A DNA stretch of 7,505 nucleotides, from the NCBI RefSeq assembly GCF_000143415.4, contig NW_003314665.1, positions 1 through 7,505 on the forward strand. Direction: 5' to 3'. The notes under the pieces were generated by a model. That model saw only the letters and a list, made by a program, of their open reading frames with translations, was not told the origin of the DNA and searched no databases. Source of the stretch: Selaginella moellendorffii. Lineage: Eukaryota; Plantae; Lycopodiophyta. Shown here piece after piece: positions 1 through 7,440 of the stretch (the first letter of the stretch is position 1; each line of letters starts with the position of its first letter). A program made the translations under genes and the position numbers.

Positions 1-168
1 TCTCCTGAACACTTCTGATGCTTCCACATGTCCACGAGGCTGCTTGCGACGAATGCATTGGGTTAATTTGCGAGGTAGACCAACCTATCCTGTTCTTCGT
101 CCCATCCTGTCAAACAACCTGTGTTGCAAGCCGCAGTGTAGACTTCGACCATACTTCCACAATTTTGC
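1..168 (-). pseudogene. Degenerate PLS-class pentatricopeptide-repeat (PPR) gene remnant
   Basis: Across shifting minus-strand frames: AK+CGSMVE (168-144), RLFDRM (120-103), IGWST (88-74), PNAFVASSLVDM (62-27), CGSI (28-17), EVFRR (15-1). These follow the order of the plant PLS-PPR pattern N-x-FV-x-S-x-LVDMYAKCGS-x-x-EARR-x-FD-x-M...SW. Confidence 0.7.
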
Positions 169-270
169 ACTTGCTTGATTCCTGGCTTATGATGCTCTTG
201 ACTCTGGGGAAACCTATCTGGCCGCTATGCCCTGCTCTGCTTCTTCTCATCGAAGTTGAGATTTGAGCAC

Positions 271-303
271 CTGCAAGAACAGAGAGCAAAAGTAGTACGT
301 TAC
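271..303 (-). other. 33-nt GT-AG intron-like element, possibly an internally deleted intron
   Basis: AAAG|GTAACG...TTTTGCTCTCTGTTCTTGCAG|G on minus; the same donor at 7441 in the right arm is followed by at least 65 nt ending in a T-rich tract. Confidence 0.55.
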
Positions 304-588
304 CTTTTCTCAAACCTTTCGTCTCAAGCAACTTCTCTGGCCTTTCGAGGTGCACTAACGTCTGCTCGCCCGTCACCTCTAGAGGATACCTCAGTCAAAT
401 CGAAACTTGGTAGGTTCCTGCTCTACTTTCCAGCCTTCCTTGGATAACTTCCAAGCCTGGTGACTTCCACCAGTGGACTCTTCACCGTCCGTGAGCAAGA
501 CCCTGCTGTCTTCTTGCTCTGCAACTTCATCTCCTTGAAGATTGCTTGTACACAATCTTCCATGTGACAAGGCATGCACTGTGCTGAC

Positions 589-1365
589 TTACGCGTCACT
601 GCCAGTGTTGGCAGGACACTTTGAGGAGAATCCCAGAGTGCCATTGCTGTGCGAACCACGAGTGTGAGCTTCCAGCTGTTTCTTCTCAGTCAGAGAATCG
701 TCCACCACAACTTCGATCTGCCACCCGGGATCCTGAAAGATCGCATTCCTGCACTGCTTCCTCCGAGAGAACATCCATCGCACGAGCAAAAAGCATGCGA
801 GCAGCACCAAGATCGCAACCAAAACCCACAGAAGAAGCTGGAGCAGCGACCACGGCGTCCTCCGAACCACTGTAACTACTGCTGCGGGTGTTGGTGTGGC
901 CACTGCTGCGTCGTGACCCTCGCGACGATGGTGGTGGTGGTGGTGGTGGTGGTGGTGGTGGTGGTGGTGGTGATGGTGGTGGTTGTGGCGTCCTCCATGG
1001 TGGTGACCATGGTGGTGAACAACCAGAGGAGCTCCATCACCGTGATGATGATGGTACACTGCTGCTGCTGGAGCTGGATCGTGGTGGCGAGCATCAGGCG
1101 CTGGAGCTAGATGAGCAGGGTGGCCACGAGCAGGGTGAACGAAAGCAGCTGGCGCTGGGGCTCGAACTGGAGCGTCACCTTGAAGAACTGGAGCTAAAGC
1201 TGGCACTGGCTCGTGGGCTCCTGGAGGATGGTGTCCATGGTGGTGTGGTGGATGTGCTGGAGCTAGAGCTGGAGCTCGCGGGTGTGAAGCTCGGTGATGG
1301 CCGCCATGCCAGGGCGCTGGAGCTCGGCGGGCAAGCGTTGGGGCGGCGTGAGCGCGAGAGACCAT
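589..1365 (-). CDS. Hypothetical His/Pro/Ala-rich single-pass membrane protein (258 aa) with AGP-like AP/PA dipeptides, 18-His run and one TM helix
   Basis: Open ATG-to-TAA frame in a GC-rich island; 47 His in the first 151 aa; recurring APAP/PALAP motifs; hydrophobic stretch LLQLLLWVLVAILVLLACFLLV (aa 174-195, nt 846-781) followed by basic RWMFSRRK. No signal peptide seen. Termini uncertain because both lie beside GTAAG donor-like sites. Confidence 0.65.
   Translation of the reverse strand: MVSRAHAAPTLARRAPAPWHGGHHRASHPRAPALAPAHPPHHHGHHPPGAHEPVPALAPVLQGDAPVRAPAPAAFVHPARGHPAHLAPAPDARHHDPAPAAAVYHHHHGDGAPLVVHHHGHHHGGRHNHHHHHHHHHHHHHHHHHHRREGHDAAVATPTPAAVVTVVRRTPWSLLQLLLWVLVAILVLLACFLLVRWMFSRRKQCRNAIFQDPGWQIEVVVDDSLTEKKQLEAHTRGSHSNGTLGFSSKCPANTGSDA
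928..981 (-). repeat. (CAC/CAT)18 coding microsatellite, poly-His
   Basis: Plus strand ATG(GTG)14ATG(GTG)2; the paralogue has (CAC)6 at 6749-6766. Confidence 0.97.
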
Positions 1366-2493
1366 AGCTTACCTGACGAGAGCTTCGACAATAGAAAAAT
1401 CCAAGCGAGAAAGATTATAACCTAACCCTTGACTTAGAAAATAGAAAATAAAGAGGTACTTTTGGCTTTGTGAAAAAAACAAGAGCTTGTGACGTTGTGG
1501 ATTGTCAGACTTGAACTGAGCATGCCAAAGAGCCCAAACCTAGATGTGAACAGCGATTTAATCTCACAATCACGAAATGCTCAATATTTCAAAAAGATAA
1601 GACATTTTTAATTTGATGGCAACTCCTTTCCATGCTCAATTCTAATTTACTTGCATTGAACGAAACTTTTTTACTCGTTTGCAAAAAAGTGGGAAAAAGA
1701 AACACAAGATAAATATCTATGCATTGCTCTGTTGACAGTCTCACGGTGCAACATCCATCCATAGCTCCCCCAGTCAACACCAGTAAAATCGGTCAAAACG
1801 CCTGGAACGACCTAATAATCAAACATATTTGGAGATGCTGGTTATTGATCCCTAAGCGAGCACTCTACCATCTGAGTTATCTCCCCTTAGCAAAGAAACA
1901 AAAATGCTAAACTTTTCTCTTCACCATTCTAATACTCATCCTTGGAGATTCTGGCAGCTTTTGTTGCATTTCAAGAGCCTTTTGAGAGATGAGCTTTGGA
2001 AAGCCCACCATCTCCAGCAAGTTTCTATAGCCAAGAAGCTGCATCAGCAGGCAACCATGAAGAATGTTACTAATGCTTATAATAATAATACATATTATAG
2101 TAATAGTAATCACAAGAGGAGGAGGAAAAGGGATAGTGTTTTGCTTTGCAGTGTTATGCAAGAGGATGAGTAAAGCAATTGGTAAAACCAACACAATATA
2201 AATCAACTGGTATGGTCTTCTGTACCAATCAAATTGTCTAAACACTAATATTAATTGGTATTTTGGTTTGCTAGTAAACATATTTAGCTACATATTTGTA
2301 TAGCTAAAAGTCTTTTAAAATGAGTAACTTGTTTTTCTTACAAAAGCTCAAAATTGCAAATGTCACCTTCACATTCTTTCAAAATTTAAGTGCATTTGCT
2401 TTTCTGAACAAACAAATAGAGATATTGGGCATGCTTGATCAATCCAAAGAAACCAATTATTAAAAGCTTACTTGGTGATGGATTTTGTTTCAG

Positions 2494-2577
2494 GTGGCCT
2501 CTCTCCATTCCTTGTAATCCAAGCATGTTGTCCTGCCTGGATCTTGTACCAAAACCAAACTAATGCCTGTGGAACTT
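2494..2577 (+). other. Candidate orphan 84-nt exon inside a left-arm-only segment
   Basis: TTTTGTTTCAG| acceptor ending 2493 and |GTAAGT donor at 2578; one open frame GLSPFLVIQACCPAWILYQNQTNACGT. Confidence 0.3.
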
Positions 2578-2818
2578 GTAAGTTGTAACAAGCAAATCAA
2601 TGCCTTCCTACTGACCTCAAGAATGTACAACTTAATGTAGTCCTATACAGATCTGATAATAGAGAGAGCAAAAGGAGTCATTAAAAATATTTTCAAATAT
2701 TCTGGTACACGAAAGAATAATTTCTTAATGTTTTCGTGGCAATATTTTTATTAAACAGGTATTTTTAAAAATTTTAAATTTAAATAGTATTTAGATCTGA
2801 GTGGCAATATTTCCTATT

Positions 2819-2860
2819 TAATAGAGGTTTTACCTTCTGACCTGGTAATAGAGGTTTTAC
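2819..2860 (+). repeat. 15-bp direct repeat TAATAGAGGTTTTAC at the inner breakpoint of the left arm
   Basis: Exact copies at 2819-2833 and 2846-2860. Confidence 0.9.
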
Positions 2861-3218
2861 ATGAAGCAATGCTTGGTTTACTTGATAGTAGTATCAATCA
2901 TTGAATAATTTGAATGAGCAATAATTATATACATATTTATAAATTATAAATCAAGATTAATATTATTGCATATCAATAGTGGAATAGAAAAGAATATACT
3001 TGAAATTTTTTTAGGAAATTTTATAAATTATAAACATGATCATAAATTATAAAAAAGATTAATCTAAATGAACAACAACCATTAGATAGTAGAATATCCT
3101 AAAATATCCAAGCATATTCAAAGTATATATAATACCACTTCAAGTTTGCTTAAGCAAACCAGTTATATGTATGTATATATATAGTGTTTGGTCTCTTAAA
3201 CTTACACAAGCTTATTCA

Positions 3219-3701
3219 CTATAAAACTTTAGACTTAAGTTTTTCCAACATTTTGTTGTAGAATATTCTTCTTTCAACCATGACCTGTACAAATATACAA
3301 ATTTCATAATTACAATTCAAGTTTCCTGATTTCGTATTTGTAGGAGAAACAATAAATATATGAAGATTACAAATACTTGGTGCAAAGACAATATACTCAA
3401 AGGCAATATAGTTAAAAAGTAAATATGAATCAAGCAACAATACCATAATCACATGTATATAGTTTTCAATTAGGAAAGTATTATTGTAAATGGGAATTTT
3501 TACAACATTATAATCAGCCAATTTCCAAGTTGCAATTGCACATACTTCTTTTAATGTTAAATTTCTAAAGTCTTTCATCCTTTGTATAGGATGGATCCAA
3601 ATGTTAAATTTTGAATTCATTTTAATGTTTGTGTAAGCTATAAATTTTTCTTTTCCAATTTGCCAACTTACCTTGTTTATCCGACCAACACTACCTTGAA
3701 C
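3219..3701 (-). other. Unassigned AT-rich open reading frame (160 stop-free codons; 133 aa from ATG 3620)
   Basis: Frame stays open 27 codons upstream of the ATG, to TAA at 3704-3702. No motif recognised. Confidence 0.3.
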
Positions 3702-4740
3702 TTATCTAAGTTCTCTCGCTAAAGTTCCTACTTATTGTACCAACTTCTACTTAGTTCTACTTGGTTTCAGCTACTCACTGCATGAACAATAGAGCATTAG
3801 CCATCCATCCACGGATTCCCAAATCTCTCCTAATCCCTCTTCCTAGGTTAGATTGGACTTAAGGTTTGGCTACACTCCCCATATGCACAAATAGTCAAGC
3901 ACACTAAACCTCTAAGTTCCTAACATCCCTTGGTACAACATAACTTGATTATGGGACCCTCTAAATCCTAAGCGTTAGTTGCAACACTTGCTTCGGGATG
4001 TTGGGAGGAAACACTATAGCATAATGGCTTGGTACAAGTACCCCTACTCCCCCACTTCCATCCTAAAGGGAAAGCCCAAACCCCTAGGAAGGGCAAAGAC
4101 CAATGACCCACAAAGTACTCAAGTGAGGCACTAGTCCACATAAACCAGGAGCACTGTAATTGGTTTCCCTTTCAAGAGTGGGAGCTGCTATTGAGCACTT
4201 CCTTGGGTGGCCCCTTTGGCACCACCCGAGTCCATGTTCACTCTCACCCAGTCTCAACCTCAAGTCAGTTTAGAAGCACCACTGAAAAGTTCCTTCAAGA
4301 CTGGTTCCTAAACCTCACTATCCCTACTATACTTTTGGAAGCCCTTACAAGCCCCCCCAGGGAGAGACACACTTTGGGCTTTCACCCCACGACCTATATT
4401 AATATTCAGTTTTGGTCTCAAACTTGATCTCAGAGTCGATTTCGGACTTGACTTTGCACTTGATCTCAAACCCAACTTCGGGCTTTGTCTCGGACTCGAT
4501 TTCGAACACGGTCTCAGATCTGATATTAGATCTCGGACTCGGTCTTGAACTCGGTCTCAAACTTGGTCTTGGAGTCGGTCTTGGATTTGATCTCGGACTT
4601 GGTCTTGAATTCGGTCTTAAAGTTGGTCTCAGACTCTATCTTGGAATCGGTCTCATCCCATGAACTCTTTATCATTTTAGTCCTACCTTTGGGGATCCTT
4701 TAGCCTTCGACACCTCGAGGAGTTAATTCCTTATAGTTTG
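3670..4740. mobile_element. Compositionally distinct GC-richer block, possible non-coding transposon/LTR remnant
   Basis: Abrupt GC rise against AT-rich flanks, no credible ORF, contains a transition-decayed minisatellite. No termini or target-site duplication found. Confidence 0.25.
4414..4654. repeat. Degenerate 12-bp minisatellite, consensus about GGTCTCGGACTC, ~19.5 units
   Basis: 9 units, a 7-nt interruption (GATATTA), 10 units and a half unit; e.g. GATCTCGGACTC GGTCTTGAACTC GGTCTCAAACTT GGTCTTGGAGTC. Confidence 0.92.
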
Positions 4741-4786
4741 GACATAAAATGAAAAAAATAGATATTGGTATTGTATTTGAAATTAA

Positions 4787-5486
4787 AATAAATTTTATCT
4801 ATAAATTATATGAAAAACAGTATAGAGCATTTCTTATAATTAAGCTCAAAGGGACTTTATAGTAAATAAAAACTTAAATAATTAGTATAAATACTAATTA
4901 TTAAATTTTAAAATAATAAATTATTCTCTAAATTAGGTGATAACATATAACCTTTGCCATAAAGATTAGATAGTGGTAATTTAAACAGATATAAATATTA
5001 TTTAAATTACTAATTTTATTTAAAATACCTAATTAATAAAGTTGTTGCAACTAAAACCTTAATAGAATATTCTTTAGTATATTGTTTTGTTCTAATTGAG
5101 GTTGATATTGGTGTTGCTCGAGTTCAAGGACAAGGGCAAGGATGTGGTTGTGAGCTAATTGATATACACATTTTCTGTATTCCTTTTCTATATTCCATAC
5201 ACTCACATTAATAAATTATTATTTATAAGTTACACATAAAATAACAAAGGGCATTTTTTAAAGTTACGCTCAAATGGATTTTATAGCAATAATTAAAGAT
5301 TTAATAATTACTATTATTAAATATTAAATTGATAATTTCTTCTATAAATTAGGTGGCAAGGCAAAACCTTTATTGATTAGGAAATATTGCCACTCATATT
5401 TAAATATTATTTAAATTACTAATTTGTTTAAACTACCTCTTTAATAGAAATATTGCCACTAAAACATTAAGAAAATATTTTTTAGT
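4787..5486. repeat. Degenerate AT-rich direct repeat, copies ~4787-5078 and ~5210-5486
   Basis: Exact 25-mer TAAATATTATTTAAATTACTAATTT at 4992 and 5401; TAAATTAGGTG at 4929 and 5345; collinear GCTCAAA..GGA.TTTATAG and ACTAAAAC.TTAA anchors. Confidence 0.8.
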
Positions 5487-6359
5487 GTACCAAAATATTT
5501 TAAAAATTTATCATTTTGTTGACCTAGCTCTCTCTATTGGCAGATCTGTCCTAGTAAGCTTTTAATAATTAATTTCTTTGAATTGATCAAGCGTGACCAA
5601 TATCTCTATTTGTTTGTTCAGGGGATATGAGAGACCAAAAGCAAATGTGCTTAAACTTTCAAAGAATGTGAATATGACATTTCCAATTTTGAAATTTTGT
5701 AAGAAAAAAAGTTACTCTTTTTAAAACACTTTTAGCTATACAATTATGTAGCTAAATATGTTTACTAACAAACCAAAATACCAAATAATATTAGTGTTGC
5801 TAACAATTATAATAATAATACATAATATGGTAATAATATTCACAGTTCCAGGCGTTTTGACCGGATTTACTGGTGTTGAAGCTATGGATGGATGTTGCAC
5901 CATGAGACTATCAAAACAGCAGTGGATAGATATTTATCTTTTTCCCACTTTTTTGCAAAAGGAAGTAGTTTGTGCATGCTGATGGCTTGTGTCTTCATGA
6001 GCTCCATGACTCACATTCAATGAATGCCAAATTTCCAAAAGTTTGAAAAAGGGAGTAAGAAATTTTCGTTCACTGCAATTACATTAAGATTGAGTTTTGC
6101 TATCAAATTAAAGATGTTTTCTTTTTTTGAAATATTTGTATATCTATCATACCTAGAGAATTTCGTGATTGTGAGATTAAATCACTGTTCACATGCTCTT
6201 TGGCATGCTCAAGCCCGATGGCACCCTTCACAGTGTCACGAGCTCTCAAGTCTATTTGTGTTTTTTTTCACAAAGCCAAAAGTACCTCTTTATTTTCTAG
6301 GTCAAGGGTTAAGTTATAATCTTTCTCCCTTGGAGTTTTCTATTGTCGTCAGGTAAGTT

Positions 6360-7129
6360 ATGGTCTCTCGCGCTCACGCCACCCCAACGCTTGCCCGCCG
6401 AGCTCCAGCGCCCTGGCATGAAGGCCATCACTGAGCTCCACACCCGCGAGGTCCAGCTCTAGCTCCAGCACCACACCACCATGGACACCATCCTCGGGAA
6501 GGCCACGAGCCAGTGCCAGCTTTAGCTCCCGTTCTTCAAGGTGACGCTCCAGTTCGAGCCCCAGCGCCAGCTGCTTTCGTTCACCCTGCTCACGGCCACC
6601 CTGCTCATCTAGCTCCAGCGCTGGTATCCTTGATCATGCTCGCCACCACAATCCAGCTCCAGCAGCAGCAGTGTACCATCATCATCACGGTGATGGAGCT
6701 CCTCTGGTTGTTCACCACCATGGTCACCACCATGGAGGACGCCACAACCACCACCACCACCACCACTGTCGCGAGGGTCACGACGCAGCAGTGGCCACAC
6801 CAACACCCGCAGCAGTGGCCACACCAACACCCGCAGCAGTAGTTACAGTGGTTCGGAGGACGCCGTGGTCGCTGCTCCAGCTTCTTCTGTGGGTTTTGGT
6901 TGCGATCTTGGTGCTGCTCGCATGCTTTTTGCTCGTGCGATGGATGTTCTCTCGGAGGAAGCAGCGCAGTAATGCGATCTTTCAGGATCCCGGGTGGCAG
7001 ATCGAAGTTGTGGTGGACGATTCTCTGACTGAGAAGAAACAGCTGGAAGCTCACACTCGTGGTTCGCACAGAAATGGCACCCTGGGATTCTCCTCAAAGT
7101 GTCCTGCCAACACTGGCAGTGACGCGTAA
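6360..7129 (+). pseudogene. Disrupted paralogue of the His-rich membrane protein gene
   Basis: ATG at 6360 reads MVSRAHATPTLARRAPAPWHEGHH* (TGA at 6432-6434 where the left copy has CGA); net +11 bp at 6622-6635 shifts frame; His run is 6; TM and C-terminus nearly identical to the left copy. ORFs 6513..6842 and 6671..7129 are its fragments. Confidence 0.85.
6785..6840 (+). repeat. 24-bp tandem duplication GCAGCAGTGGCCACACCAACACCC x2 plus 8 bp (AAVATPTP x2)
   Basis: Exact copies at 6785-6808 and 6809-6832; single copy in the left arm. Confidence 0.97.
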
Positions 7130-7440
7130 GTCAGCACAGTGCATGCCTTGTCACATGGAAGATTGTGTACAAGCAATCTTCAAGGAGATGAAGTTGCAGA
7201 GCAAGAAGACAGCAGGGTCTTGCTCACGGACGGTGAAGATCACATACAAGGGTCCACTGGTGGAAGTCACCAGACTTGGAAGTTATCGCGCAGCTGGCTC
7301 GGAACATGGACTGGAAAGTAGAGCAGGAACCTACCAAGTTTCGATTTGACTGAGCTATCCTCTAGAGGTGAGGGGCGAGCAGACGTTAGTGCACCTCGAA
7401 AGGCCAGAGAAGTTGCTTGAGACGAAAGGTTTGAGAAAAG

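Larger units (their letters stand above)
292..2843. repeat. Left arm of large inverted duplication (pairs with 5351-7452)
   Basis: 292 GTAGTACGTTACCTTTTCTCAA is the reverse complement of 7431-7452; 479-636 is an exact reverse complement of 7082-7239 (158 bp); similarity continues with indels through the CDS and upstream DNA to 2843, matching 5351. Left-only segments ~1809-2240 and ~2475-2646. Confidence 0.97.

Noticed and set aside
18-447. Plus-strand ORFs 18..266 and 256..447
   Set aside because: Short, motif-free, antisense to the minus-strand PPR remnant and splice signals.
589-780. Receptor-like kinase (PERK-type) assignment from Pro-rich plus TM architecture
   Set aside because: No kinase motifs (GxGxxG, HRD, DFG) noticed downstream within the window.
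621-1367. Antisense and alternative-frame ORFs (621..875, 649..1110, 876..1094, 888..1367; poly-V, poly-T, poly-G)
   Set aside because: Shadow frames of the GC-rich CAC-repeat gene; only the His-rich frame spans the island and has a TM helix with a basic flank.
1589-2281. Short ORFs upstream of the left gene, and counterparts 5758..5982 and 6024..6356
   Set aside because: Frames not preserved between arms, low-complexity (AAT)n content, no motifs.
2939-3053. Three copies of ATAAATTATAAA
   Set aside because: Pure A/T low complexity; local slippage is sufficient.
4414-4654. CRISPR array
   Set aside because: Contiguous 12-bp units with no unique spacers, no cas genes, eukaryotic context.
4412-4663. 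83-aa ORF with LGLGLELGL repeats
   Set aside because: Translation of the minisatellite, non-ATG start, register changes at the 7-nt interruption.
3661-4744. Defined solo LTR with TG...CA ends
   Set aside because: No convincing terminal inverted repeat, target-site duplication, PBS or PPT; kept only as a low-confidence remnant.
6007-6013. TGACTCA GCN4/AP-1-like site in a right-only segment
   Set aside because: Single 7-mer, expected by chance, absent from the intact copy.
6605-7097. Minus-strand ORFs 6605..7069, 6609..6830, 6843..7097
   Set aside because: Mirror shadows of the same gene in the right arm.
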